A stretch of 64,000 nt of DNA, taken from an uncultured Armatimonadetes bacterium. Its GTDB lineage: Bacteria; Armatimonadota; UBA5829; DTJY01. Position 1 is the first letter of the stretch. Every line of letters starts with the position of its first letter. This document shows, piece by piece, positions 37,416-47,092 of this stretch. The position numbers were made by a program, and so were the translations under genes. The notes beneath the pieces were generated by a model. That model was not told the origin of the DNA, did no database searches, and worked only from the letters and a program-made list of their open reading frames with translations. The stretch is taken from assembly GCA_963717145.1 (NCBI GenBank), contig OY970325.1:3136001-3200000 (forward strand), in the 5' to 3' direction.

Positions 37416-37921
37416 TGGATTCGGAAAAACGGGACATCGTAATAGGCAAGATTGTCGCGTCCTTCGGACGGAAGGGCGAGGCGAAGGTCGTTCCGTTCAC
37501 CGACTTCCCTGAGCGATTCAAGGAACTCGGCGAGGTCTACGTGGGAAGCGAGGCCGCGGGCAGGATGCGCCCGATCCAGAGTGTGCGTCTCCACAAAGGC
37601 AGCGTCCTTATCAAGTTTGAAGGAGTAGACGACATCGGCGCAGCGGAAGAACTTCGCGGCGCTGAGATCCGAATCCCTGAGAGCGATCTGATGCCTCTGG
37701 AGGAGGGGACCTACTACATACACGACCTGATCGGCGTGGATGTGCTGACCACCGAGGGCGAGAACCTGGGCAAGATCCAGGAGGTACTGACCGGGCCGGC
37801 GCAGGATGTGTATGTCACGGAGCGGGCGATGATCCCCGCCGTGAAGGAGTTCGTCGTCAGCGTCGATCTGCAGAAGAGGCAGATTATAGTGCAAGCGATC
37901 GAAGGCTTAGTACAGGAGTGA
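37415..37921 (+). CDS. rimM: Ribosome maturation factor RimM
   Basis: IGKIVASFGRKGE..TDFPERF..YYIHDLIG..MIPAVKEFV. Confidence 0.95.
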   Translation: MDSEKRDIVIGKIVASFGRKGEAKVVPFTDFPERFKELGEVYVGSEAAGRMRPIQSVRLHKGSVLIKFEGVDDIGAAEELRGAEIRIPESDLMPLEEGTYYIHDLIGVDVLTTEGENLGKIQEVLTGPAQDVYVTERAMIPAVKEFVVSVDLQKRQIIVQAIEGLVQE

Positions 37922-37923
37922 CT

Positions 37924-38038
37924 CCCCATAACCCGTAGGGGCGATCCTTCAACGGTCGCCCGTTTGCTGATCCTTCAACGGTCGGCGTGTATCTTGAAAC
38001 GGGCGACCATTGAAGGATCGCCCCTACGGGTTATGGGG
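37924..38038. repeat. GTAG REP-like inverted doublet (same family as 29336-29434)
   Basis: CCCCATAACCCGTAGGGGCGATCCTTCAACGGTCGCCC / GGGCGACCATTGAAGGATCGCCCCTACGGGTTATGGGG. Confidence 0.9.
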
Positions 38039-38048
38039 GCTACCGTGT

Positions 38049-38801
38049 ATGCAGATGCGGGTAGATGTCCTAACCATCTTTCCTGAGGTCATCCACTGCG
38101 GAGTGGACTACAGCATCGTGAAGAGGGCACAGGACAAAGGCCTGCTCTCGGTTTTCGTGCATGATATCCGCGATTCGACCGCGGATAAGCATCGAACCAC
38201 CGATGAACCGCCATATGGAGGCGGTGCAGGGATGGTGATGAAGCCGGAGCCGATATTCACGGCTGCGGAGTCCGTCAAAACCGAATACTGGACCGAACAA
38301 AGCAGGATCATCCTGACCTCGCCCCAGGGGGAGCAGTTTTCTCAGGCCAAAGCCATCGAACTGGCCGCCTGCCCGCACCTGGTCTTCATCTGCGGCCACT
38401 ATGAGGGCGTCGATGAGCGAGTGAGGGAGCATCTTGTGACGGAGGAACTATCTGTCGGGGATTACGTATTAACCGGTGGTGAGTTACCGGCTCTCGTAAT
38501 CCTCGATGCCGTAATCAGGCTTATCCCGGGAGTCCTCGGCGGCGAACAATCGGCGCTCGAGGAATCGTTCTCGGACGGGCTTCTGGAGTACCCGCAGTAC
38601 ACGCGTCCGGCCGACTTCCGCGGATGGACGATCCCGGAGGTGCTTCTGTCCGGTCATCACGCCGAAATCGCCAAGTGGCGACGGCATCAGTCCCTCAAGC
38701 GGACACTGGAGAGCCGTCCGGATTTGCTGGAGACAGCGGATCTCTCGGACGCCGACAGGCGTTTTCTTGAGGAACTAAGAGAATCAGGGAACGAGAGGTA
38801 A
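38049..38801 (+). CDS. trmD: tRNA (guanine37-N1)-methyltransferase
   Basis: [47 protein letters not shown]. Confidence 0.98.
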   Translation: MQMRVDVLTIFPEVIHCGVDYSIVKRAQDKGLLSVFVHDIRDSTADKHRTTDEPPYGGGAGMVMKPEPIFTAAESVKTEYWTEQSRIILTSPQGEQFSQAKAIELAACPHLVFICGHYEGVDERVREHLVTEELSVGDYVLTGGELPALVILDAVIRLIPGVLGGEQSALEESFSDGLLEYPQYTRPADFRGWTIPEVLLSGHHAEIAKWRRHQSLKRTLESRPDLLETADLSDADRRFLEELRESGNER

Positions 38802-38803
38802 TC

Positions 38804-39160
38804 ATGACAACGATCATACAGGAAATCGAGAAGGAGCAACTGAAGGCCGAGAAGGCCGATTTCAACATCGGTGACACGGTCAAGGTGCACGTCCGCGTTA
38901 TCGAGGGCGGCAAGGAGCGCATCCAGGTTTTCGAGGGCATAGTCATCGCCAAGCGCCATGATAGCGTCCGAGAGAGCTTCACTGCCCGCAAGATATCGCA
39001 CAGCATCGGAGTCGAGCGCACATTCCTGGTCAACAGCCCGAAGGTCGCAAAGATCGAGGTCACCAGGAGAGGCGCCGTCCGACGCGCAAAGCTTTTCTAC
39101 CTCCGTGAGAAGGTCGGGAAGGCAACTCGGATCAAGGAAGCTGACAAGCGCGGAAAATGA
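38804..39160 (+). CDS. rplS: 50S ribosomal protein L19
   Basis: [35 protein letters not shown]. Confidence 0.98.
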   Translation: MTTIIQEIEKEQLKAEKADFNIGDTVKVHVRVIEGGKERIQVFEGIVIAKRHDSVRESFTARKISHSIGVERTFLVNSPKVAKIEVTRRGAVRRAKLFYLREKVGKATRIKEADKRGK

Positions 39161-39817
39161 ACAAAGTGACTGAATGGCTCGGCGAACATGCCGGTCGAAT
39201 ACGTCCTTACGATCATTGTCGCACTATTCGCGATACGCATGGTCCTGGGCAGGTACAAGTCGCCGGTCGCGAAGTCATCCGCCGAGATGGCGGAATCGGC
39301 TCTGATGGCCATCGCCCTCGTGTATCTGCTCATCCGCCCGTTCATCGTACAGGCGTTCTTCATACCGTCCGGCTCGATGATTCCGACTCTGCTGGAGCGG
39401 GACCAGATCCTGGTCAACAAGTTCATCTACCGCTTCACGCCGCCCAAGCGAGGCGACATAGTGGTCTTCAAGTGCCCGACGTACGCCGACCCGGACGGGA
39501 TCGAGAAAGACTACATCAAACGGCTGATGGGGATCCCAGGCGACACCATCGAGGTGAAAGAGGGAGTCGTCTATCGGAACGGCAAGCCTTTGAAGGAGCC
39601 CTACACCAACCAGAGCGATCCTGATGCCAATTTCCCGGGCGAGATCCTCTACGACATGCCGCCGGTGAAAGTGGCGAAGGGCGAGTTCTTCGTCATGGGC
39701 GACAATCGCAACAACAGCAATGACAGCCACAGATGGGGCCAGCTCGACCGGAACCGGGTACTCGGCAAGGCCATGGTGACGTTCTGGCCCATCGGCAGGG
39801 TCGGGATTCTGCACTGA
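39157..39817 (+). CDS. lepB: Signal peptidase I, copy 1 (one-base frameshift near 39181)
   Basis: [26 protein letters not shown]. The N-terminus MNKVTEWL is out of frame with ANMPVEY by one extra G (copy 2 reads MTEWLANV). Confidence 0.92.
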
Positions 39818-39824
39818 ACCAGGG

Positions 39825-40457
39825 GTGAAAATGACCGAATGGCTCGCAAATGTCAGCATAGGATACGTGATTGCGGCCATCCTGATGCTCTTGATCGCCC
39901 GTCTGATCCTGGGGAAGCATAAGACTCCGCTGGCAAAATCGATGGCCGAGGTGGTCGAATCAGCTCTCATGGCGATCGCTCTGGTCTTCCTGTTTATCCG
40001 CCCGTTCGTCGTACAGGCGTTCTTCATCCCCAGTCCCTCCATGCGCCCGACACTATCGGAGGGTGACCACATCCTCGTGAACAAGTTTGTATATCGGTTC
40101 CGCGAACCCCAAGTCGGTGACATCATCGTATTCAGAGCGCCGGCGGAGGCTTCGGACGACGGTACCGAGAAGGACTTCATCAAGCGCCTTGTCGGCCTGC
40201 CCGGAGACGTCATCGAAGTGAAGGATGGGGCACTCTATCGGAACGGCAAGCGCATGCGCGAACCATTCCTCTTCGACCAGAAGATCGGCTACTCGATGAA
40301 GCCCACCAAGGTACCTCCGGGAAAGCTCTTTGTGCTTGGGGACAATCGGAATGACAGCCGTGACAGCCATTGGTGGGGCACGCTCGAACGCAAGCGGGTC
40401 ATCGGAGAGGCTATGTATCGCTTCTGGCCGCTGAGCCGGTTCGGGGCACTGCACTAA
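39825..40457 (+). CDS. lepB: Signal peptidase I, copy 2
   Basis: IPSPSMRPTL, FIKRL, GDNRNDSRDSH. Confidence 0.95.
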   Translation: MKMTEWLANVSIGYVIAAILMLLIARLILGKHKTPLAKSMAEVVESALMAIALVFLFIRPFVVQAFFIPSPSMRPTLSEGDHILVNKFVYRFREPQVGDIIVFRAPAEASDDGTEKDFIKRLVGLPGDVIEVKDGALYRNGKRMREPFLFDQKIGYSMKPTKVPPGKLFVLGDNRNDSRDSHWWGTLERKRVIGEAMYRFWPLSRFGALH

Positions 40458-40470
40458 GTACCCAAGTCCC

Positions 40471-40581
40471 GTAGTGGCCGTGCCTCCGTGCCGGCCATCG
40501 GCGCTGCAAGGCCGGCACGGAGGCGCGGCCACTACATTGTACAGACACGATAGCTGGCCAGCACGGAGGCGCGGCCACTAC
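40471..40581. repeat. GTAG REP-like cluster (GTAGTGGCCGTGCCTC family, three arms)
   Basis: GTAGTGGCCGTGCCTCCGTGCCGGCC plus two reverse-complement arms ending GGCCACTAC. Confidence 0.9.
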
Positions 40582-40591
40582 GTAGGCGAAC

Positions 40592-41284
40592 ATGCTTAAG
40601 ACAGCTCGGGACAGGATCGACCTCTGGATGTTCGAACGCGTTGCCCGGACGCGCGGTCACCGCACGATCGCCGGCATCGATGAGGCCGGGCGCGGGCCGC
40701 TCGCCGGACCCGTGGTCGCCGCCGCAGTCGTACTCCCCCAGGACCAGGACGTCGAGGGCGTCTTCGACTCCAAGCAGCTCACCGCCGAACAGCGAGAAGA
40801 GTGCTTCGAGAGGATACAGTCCACAGCAGTTTGCATCGGGGTCGGCATCGTCGGCCACAAGGTGATCGACCGCATCAACATCCTCCAGGCGACCTACAAG
40901 GCGATGCATCTCGCCGTCCGGAATCTGGGTGTGAAGCCCGACATCTGTCTTATCGACGGCAGCCCGATCCGGACCTTCCGCTATCGCAACGAGTGCATAG
41001 TCGACGGCGACTGCAAGAGCATCAGCATCGCGGCGGCCTCGATCGTCGCCAAAGTCACCCGCGACCGCATCATGTGCGAGTATGCAAAGAAGTATCCCAA
41101 GTACGGCTTCGAGAACCACAAGGGCTATTCCACGCCGGAGCACCGCGAGTGCCTGGAGAAATACGGCGTCTGTGCCATCCACCGGAAGTCGTTTGCACCG
41201 GTTGCGGAGGAGTTGTACCTGCTTTGGCAACGCCAAGATATGCGCTCGGGCAGCACGGGGAAGACCGAGCCGTCCGATACCTAG
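40592..41284 (+). CDS. rnhB: Ribonuclease HII
   Basis: AGIDEAGRGPLAGPVVAAAV, DSKQL, INILQAT, SIAAASIVAKVTRD, HKGY..H, HRKSF. Confidence 0.97.
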   Translation: MLKTARDRIDLWMFERVARTRGHRTIAGIDEAGRGPLAGPVVAAAVVLPQDQDVEGVFDSKQLTAEQREECFERIQSTAVCIGVGIVGHKVIDRINILQATYKAMHLAVRNLGVKPDICLIDGSPIRTFRYRNECIVDGDCKSISIAAASIVAKVTRDRIMCEYAKKYPKYGFENHKGYSTPEHRECLEKYGVCAIHRKSFAPVAEELYLLWQRQDMRSGSTGKTEPSDT

Positions 41285-41604
41285 AATCACACGGCTATGA
41301 GGTCGTGGAGAGGAACTATCACTGCCTTGGCGGCGAGATAGACATCGTCGCGCGCGACGGCGGCGACCTGGTGTTCGTCGAGGTCAAGACCCGGCGCAGT
41401 GATATCGACTCCTCCGCGTCGCAAGCCGTCGACTTTCGGAAGCGCTCGAAGATCGTGCGGTCGGCGCTCAAGTACCTGACCGAACGGAACCTCGGCGAGA
41501 TCGGCTGCCGGTTCGACATCGCGGAGGTGTACTTCGTGAACGGCAGGCCGGTGACCGTGGAGGTCATCAAGGGGGCTTTCTCAGCCGAGGAAGCTGGGTA
41601 CTAG
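41224..41604 (+). CDS. YraN family (UPF0102) endonuclease
   Basis: LGQHGEDRAVRYL..RNY..GEIDIVA..LVFVEVKTR..RFDI; TTG start inferred. Confidence 0.92.
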   Translation: MATPRYALGQHGEDRAVRYLESHGYEVVERNYHCLGGEIDIVARDGGDLVFVEVKTRRSDIDSSASQAVDFRKRSKIVRSALKYLTERNLGEIGCRFDIAEVYFVNGRPVTVEVIKGAFSAEEAGY

Positions 41605-41616
41605 CAGTGTCACCTC

Positions 41617-41704
41617 GGGTCGGGAGTACAACTCCCGACCCAACAAGGTTCCCAACAGGGTTCCAGCCCCAACGATGTTAGGTCGGGAGTTGTACTCCCG
41701 ACCT
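41617..41704. repeat. REP-like inverted doublet
   Basis: GGGTCGGGAGTACAACTCCCGACCC and AGGTCGGGAGTTGTACTCCCGACCT. Confidence 0.85.
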
Positions 41705-41721
41705 CGTACCGGAGAGAACAC

Positions 41722-41940
41722 GTGAACTGGCATTTTGATGAAGGCAAGGAACGGCTTCCCGACGAGGAAGACACATACGGCGTGAACGATCAGAATGAGC
41801 ACGACTTCGAGGTCTGGGTGCCCTTCGAGGCGGCTGAGCGTCGGAGGAAGAAGCGACTCCGCACATTCTCGATTGTCGTCATCATCGCCTTCGCCGTCGT
41901 CTTCGCCCTGGTGGGGATGCAGAGAGTCTTCGGCTGGTAG
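41722..41940 (+). CDS. Small hypothetical membrane protein
   Basis: GGAGAG RBS; acidic N-terminus, RRRKKR, one TM helix. Confidence 0.6.
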   Translation: MNWHFDEGKERLPDEEDTYGVNDQNEHDFEVWVPFEAAERRRKKRLRTFSIVVIIAFAVVFALVGMQRVFGW

Positions 41941-42068
41941 CAGGCCCTCCGGCATCCATTCGTGTTGCGCTACCTTGAAAACATAAGCTATCGCCTGCAG
42001 GTACAAGCTGCCGAAGACAACTGATTCGGGTTCTCCCCTATTCGCTCATTCGTGCAATTCGTGTTTCC

Positions 42069-43130
42069 CTACTTCGCATACGGCGCCACGAGCGGGTCGC
42101 CGACCACGATGTCCTTCCAATACATGAACCTCGACGCCATGTAGAAGCTCTCCGCCAGGTTGTAGCCCGACACATAGCGGTCGAACAGGATCGCCGGATT
42201 CGCGATCGCGGCGAGCGTCGGCTCGTTGCAGTAGCCCTTGACGCCGGTGACGCCGGACTTGATGAGGTCGCCGATGAGCGACTGCCCCTCCTCGGTCGGC
42301 ACGAATGTCCTCGCACTTGTGGACACCGCCGTCTCAGCGATCGATCCGGGCAGGAACCTGTTGCCCCGGTACTTGGTCTTGTCGAACTTGGCGTCGTTGC
42401 TGCCCCATGAGCAGTAGCCCATCAGGTTATTCCGCTTGCCCACGAACTCGTCGGTGTTTTCGAGGACCGAGACATAGCCCCGCGCCTTCAGAATCTCGTC
42501 GGCCTTCCGCATGTCATCATTGAACTCTTTGTACCCGGGGTTGATTCGTCGCGGTTCGAGGTCGAACAGGAAGACCTCCTTCTGCGGGCGAGCGGCGAGC
42601 GCATGGTCAACGAGCGCCTTGGCGTCCTCTTTGGTGTATCCGTCCAGCCGCGTGACCAGGTACAGACCGTACTTGTCGTGCGAGTGATGCTCCTCCTTAC
42701 CATAGTACGGGTTCATCAGAGGGCCCTTGACCTTGCCGATATCGAGTCCGCCATCCATGGTCATCAGAAGGCCGTCGACCGAGAACTGGTTGAGGGTCGC
42801 GATCGGCACTCCCTTGGTCAGGACGATATAGTCTATGCTCAGCCCGCTCTTGGCCAGGAAGTCCTTCACCGGTTTGCCGATCTGCGGCATGTAGTCGGCG
42901 GAGGCCATCCGCTCCTGGTCAGTGCATTTGATGTGGAGGACATACTTTTCGGCGATCTTGCGCTTCTCGGCATAGTATGCGCCGACCTCTTTGGAGATCG
43001 CGCTGTTGTCGTTGACGATGATCAGCACATTGGTCGGTGAGGCGGGCTTCTCGACCGCCACGGGGGCATTCGCCTTGGAGCACGACGCGGCGACGAGCGT
43101 CACAAACATGAGGACGATGAGCTTTTTCAT
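42069..43130 (-). CDS. TIGR03790 family lipoprotein (exosortase/PEP-CTERM-associated)
   Basis: Lipobox VAASC; NVLIIVN.NS..S..V..YY, YIVLTKGVP, LVTRLDG, PGSIAETAVSTSART, GYNLAESFY, VVGDPL. Confidence 0.85.
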   Translation of the reverse strand: MKKLIVLMFVTLVAASCSKANAPVAVEKPASPTNVLIIVNDNSAISKEVGAYYAEKRKIAEKYVLHIKCTDQERMASADYMPQIGKPVKDFLAKSGLSIDYIVLTKGVPIATLNQFSVDGLLMTMDGGLDIGKVKGPLMNPYYGKEEHHSHDKYGLYLVTRLDGYTKEDAKALVDHALAARPQKEVFLFDLEPRRINPGYKEFNDDMRKADEILKARGYVSVLENTDEFVGKRNNLMGYCSWGSNDAKFDKTKYRGNRFLPGSIAETAVSTSARTFVPTEEGQSLIGDLIKSGVTGVKGYCNEPTLAAIANPAILFDRYVSGYNLAESFYMASRFMYWKDIVVGDPLVAPYAK

Positions 43131-43195
43131 ATCTTGCCTTTCCATCGAGGTACCCATATCCTCTTACGAGCCACGACCGCTTCCGGTTCCACTCC

Positions 43196-45302
43196 CTAAC
43201 CCTTCAACTCATATACCTGGCACGGGGTGTTGCATTCTGACTCAAGTGTACGGGCCCATTCCAGCACGTGCCGATCGTGGGTCATGAGCAGGACTTGATT
43301 CCCGGCGGCGACACCCGCGAGCATCTCGAGCACGCTATCGAGCCGCGCCTGGTCGCTGTTGGCGAACGGGTCATCGAGGATCAAGGGAAGCGATCGGCCG
43401 GCTGAGAGGAGTTCCGCGCATGACAATCTGAGCGCGAAGTAGAGCTGATCGAGCGTTCCTGCGCTCAATATGGTCGGTGAGACGCCACTGTGGTCCACGC
43501 AGTCGAGCGTGATCTGCCAGTCGGGGCTTATCTCGACCGAGCAATATCGCCCGCCGGTGATGTCCTCCATGCACTCGGCCGCGCGCTCCCGGAGCGTCGG
43601 GAGGTACTCCGCCGAGACATCGTGCGTCACCGTCTCGAGCGCTGAGACTGCTTCACCGTATGATTTGTGGAGGAACTCCAGGTCTTTCTTCCGCCCGTGC
43701 AGGAATTCCAGTTCGCCCTCCAGGGCGGCGAGGTCCCGGGCATTCCGGGACTCGGCCTCCAATTCGCCCCTGACCTCGTGGATCCGCGCCTGCGACGCCG
43801 GCAGCCTCTGTTGGATCGCCTGGAACTCCGAACGCCAGCCTTCGGTCTCCTCGGTCACCGGCGAGTAGTCAGGGAACTCATCTTCGAGGCGGAGGTTCAG
43901 CCCGGACAACTCTCTCGCGAGGTCGGTCTCCTGCGCATCCCAATCATCCATCGAGCGGGAATTCAGTGTCGCCTTGAGAGTGATCTCGTACTCATGCGCG
44001 CGAGCCGCAAGCGCCCGATATGCTTTCAGCTTCGACCATGCCCTCGCCGCGTTGGAGCACTTCATGTAGCTGAGGATGTTCGCTTCCTCGGCCTCCACCT
44101 GGTTCAGCTCGGAATGTGCCGAATCCGCCAACTGGGTCAACTGCCTGCGCTCGCCTGTCCGATTCGAGCCGCGCAACTGGACGTACCTGATGATCAGCAC
44201 CGCGGAGGGCATCAGCAGAAGAAGCCACCGCAGATCAGAGAGGAATCCCGCCGCCAGACCTGCGACCGCGAGCACTGCGCCACCTATGAGCCAGGGCACG
44301 GGACGACCGGTCGGGGCGTCGGTAGATTCCTCCGCGGCCTTCTCGAGTTCCCACAGCCTGGTATCCAGTTCCCCCCGACGGCTCTCCAGCTTCGAGAGGT
44401 TGTCCGAAATCTCGTCAGACTTGCCGATGAGATCCGCGTAGTCCTCGAGTTGCCGATGAGTGTGGCTCAGATCGTCGATAAGCTCCTTCAACCGCTTCAT
44501 CGTGCCGAACGCCTCGCTGTGGAGCTTGTCCAACTCGGATACCCGACTCTTCAACTCGGACCAGCGCTTGTGCCGGTCCAGCAGATCGGTCAAAACCTGA
44601 AGTCGCTGCGAGTCCTGCTCGATACGGGATTCGAGGCCCTCCTGCTCCGTCTTGAGGTTCTCAGTGTGCTGCCGGACGTTCCGCACCTGCGCGACTTCGG
44701 CCGCCAGGGTCTGCAGCCGTGCCGTGACAGTCTCGTACTCCCTCGGCTTGGCCGGACGCGCCTTGCCGATGATGTCCGACTGCGCGCGTTTCAGCTTCCT
44801 GACCGCCTCGCTCGCCGAGGTCTGCTCCGTACCGCTCAACACGCGTTGGATCTCGTTCCCGATCGTCGTCAGGTTCGCCGTACTGAGCTTGCTGATCGCG
44901 GACTGGCGCACGGAGACGGTGTTGTCGAAAACCGTCTTGCGCGAGATACCGAGGTGCCCGGCGACTGCGGCGGCGACGGCATCCTTGTCGGTGAGGATGT
45001 CAACCTGCTCGCCCTCGGGGGTCAGCGTCCCCAGGCTGCACGCGCCCTCGGAGAACCGCCTCGCCAGCACATACGTCGCGCCGCCGCTCCGGTACGTCAG
45101 CGACACCGAGCAGATCCCGCCGTCCCAGTGCTCGACGGTCTGCATGCGCTCGCGGCCGAAGAGCGCGACGGAGATCGCCTCGTGGATCGTCGACTTGCCG
45201 GACTCGTTCGGGTCCCCACACGAGGTTCAGCCCGGGACAGAAACCGAGCCGCGCCTCGGGAAATCGTCTGAAGTTTTCGAGCGTCAGTTCGACCAGTTCC
45301 AT
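43196..45302 (-). CDS. SbcC/Rad50-like (YhaN-type) AAA ATPase with internal TM hairpin (frameshift near 45210)
   Basis: MELVELTLENFRRF..GLNLVWGP/NESGKST Walker A split by one extra base; coiled coil; LSAGTLDQLYFALRL, LILDDPF, LMTH. Confidence 0.88.
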
Positions 45303-45306
45303 ATCG

Positions 45307-46416
45307 TCATCCGTCAGAGAACGCCGTGAGCCCGAGATCCAGCGCCCTTCGAAGCAGACGCTGCCGCTCCGGGTCGGATGCGTTCTCGATCTGGTCGAGC
45401 AGATACTTGCAGAATCGACCCCGGATGCTGTTGTCGAGGGATATGTCCTGCGGGCTCGAGAGCCCGGAGGTATCGACGGTAATGTAGAGGCACGATTCCC
45501 TGAACCGTACCGGAATCTCATCGATGGAGGCCATCAGCTCCTGCACCGGCGTCCCGGTCAGCCGAACCTGCACCAGGGTCGCCTGGTCGCACAGCCGCCG
45601 AACCGCATCATCGAGCGCCGATGCCGTCTCGAACGACGTGCAGTCGATCTCTGCGCTTCGCATCGTCCGCATGTTGATCTTGACCGGTTCGAGGGCGACC
45701 GCACCGTCCTCACCGATCTCGCCTATCACGACGTGCCGCTCCTCGGTCTCCGGGGCATCGAATCCGAGGCCCTCGAAGCTTCCGGGATAGCATGCCGTCA
45801 CACCGCCTTCCCTGAGGATGTTCAGCCGGTGATAGTGGCCGAGCGCGACGTAAGCCGCCCCGCAGGCCTCGAGTTCCTTCTGCCCGAAGGGATGATACTG
45901 CTCCAACTGCCCTTCGAAGCTCTCGAATGACGCGTGAAGGAGCAGGATAGAGGGCGAATCCCCAGGCAAGTCGAGGCCATCGAACGCGCGCCGGTCGGAT
46001 TGTGTCTTGTCGAACGCGCACCCGGCGACGGCGACACCGAGATCATCGAGGATCACATGCTCGCATTGCGGCTCGAGAAAGAGGTGCAGGCCGGGGATTT
46101 CGAGCCTCCCCCAGAGGCTGTTCATCGCGCGGTAGTCATGGTTGCCGGGGATCGCGAAGACGCGCTTGCCCGCCGAGGTCAGCCGCGTGAGGTGCTCGAT
46201 CACGGCCTCGATGTCGGTTGGATCCGGATCCGGGCGGTCGAACAGGTCGCCGGCGATCAGGAAGAGATCGACATCCCGTTCGAGCGCCAGGTCCACCGTC
46301 TTGGCAAGCGCGCGTCTCTGGTCCCGCCGCCGTTCCTCCGCCAGAGTAGGCGGCAGGAATCCGAACGGCCGACTGAGATGGGAGTCCGCCATGTGCAGGA
46401 ACTTCACACGGGCCAA
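45307..46416 (-). CDS. SbcD/Mre11-like (YhaO-type) metallophosphoesterase exonuclease
   Basis: FLHMADSHL, IAGDLFD, PGNHD, YVALGHYH, YPGSFEG; AAGGAGG RBS before TTG. Confidence 0.92.
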   Translation of the reverse strand: MARVKFLHMADSHLSRPFGFLPPTLAEERRRDQRRALAKTVDLALERDVDLFLIAGDLFDRPDPDPTDIEAVIEHLTRLTSAGKRVFAIPGNHDYRAMNSLWGRLEIPGLHLFLEPQCEHVILDDLGVAVAGCAFDKTQSDRRAFDGLDLPGDSPSILLLHASFESFEGQLEQYHPFGQKELEACGAAYVALGHYHRLNILREGGVTACYPGSFEGLGFDAPETEERHVVIGEIGEDGAVALEPVKINMRTMRSAEIDCTSFETASALDDAVRRLCDQATLVQVRLTGTPVQELMASIDEIPVRFRESCLYITVDTSGLSSPQDISLDNSIRGRFCKYLLDQIENASDPERQRLLRRALDLGLTAFSDG

Positions 46417-46498
46417 GCGAGCGCCTCCTTCCCGCCGATGCGTACGGTGGGAAATGATGGAGTAGTGGATCGAGTGGGTATGCAGGCCATGCGCTTGC

Positions 46499-46527
46499 AT
46501 TATATGCCCGCGCGTCCACAATGTCAA
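46499..46527 (-). promoter_or_regulatory. Consensus sigma70 promoter for the SbcD/SbcC-like operon
   Basis: Exact TTGACA-17-TATAAT. Confidence 0.85.
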
Positions 46528-46664
46528 ACGAAGGGAGCGGCTCTACAAGGGCTGGGAGGAAGGTGCGTTCAGGCAGGAGTTGCACTCCTGCCCGCCTGAC
46601 CACGCAGAAAACCCGGCCCCACGTGCGGGATCCGGGTCTTGCGTTCATCACTTCGAAGCCTGAA

Positions 46665-46931
46665 TCAGGCCTGGGCCTTGTTCGCCGCGCGCATCAGCCT
46701 CGACTTGCGGCGTGCGGCGGCATTCTTGTGGATGATGCCCTTCTCCGCGGCCTTGTCGATGACGCTCGTCGCTGTGGAAACGGCCTTCAGCTTGGCCTCT
46801 GCGTCGCCGCTCTCGAACTCCGCCTTGGCCTTCTTCACGAAAGTCTTGATCTTCGACTTGACAGCGATATTTCGAGCGTGGCGCTCTCGAGACTTCTTCA
46901 CGTCCTTAATGACGGACTTGATATTCGGCAA
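46665..46931 (-). CDS. rpsT: 30S ribosomal protein S20
   Basis: PNIKS..K..RN..KSKIKT..IDKAAEKGIIHKNAAARRKSRL. Confidence 0.97.
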   Translation of the reverse strand: MPNIKSVIKDVKKSRERHARNIAVKSKIKTFVKKAKAEFESGDAEAKLKAVSTATSVIDKAAEKGIIHKNAAARRKSRLMRAANKAQA

Positions 46932-46983
46932 TGGTTACACCCCCGTGTCATCACAAAACAGATACTGAAGCTTAAGACGATAC

Positions 46984-47012
46984 AGTATAGCAGGTTCGTC
47001 CTGACTTGGCAA
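46984..47012 (-). promoter_or_regulatory. sigma70 promoter for rpsT
   Basis: TTGCCA-17-TATACT. Confidence 0.72.
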
Positions 47013-47022
47013 GCATTACGGA

Positions 47023-47092
47023 AATGGTCGATGGTTTATGGTCAATGGTTCATGAGAAGCCAGTCCCCCATCAACCATGAACCATCAACCAT
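47023..47092. repeat. Heptamer (ATGGTYR)n / (YRACCAT)n inverted repeat; contains the C39 gene stop
   Basis: ATGGTCG ATGGTTT ATGGTCA ATGGTTC ... CCATCAA CCATGAA CCATCAA CCAT. Confidence 0.82.

Noticed and set aside
43667-45271. Long antisense ORFs (also 6541-7833, 11830-13038, 26020-27150, 35054-36121, 56342-57550)
   Set aside because: These are shadows of well-supported genes on the opposite strand, expected in high-GC DNA.
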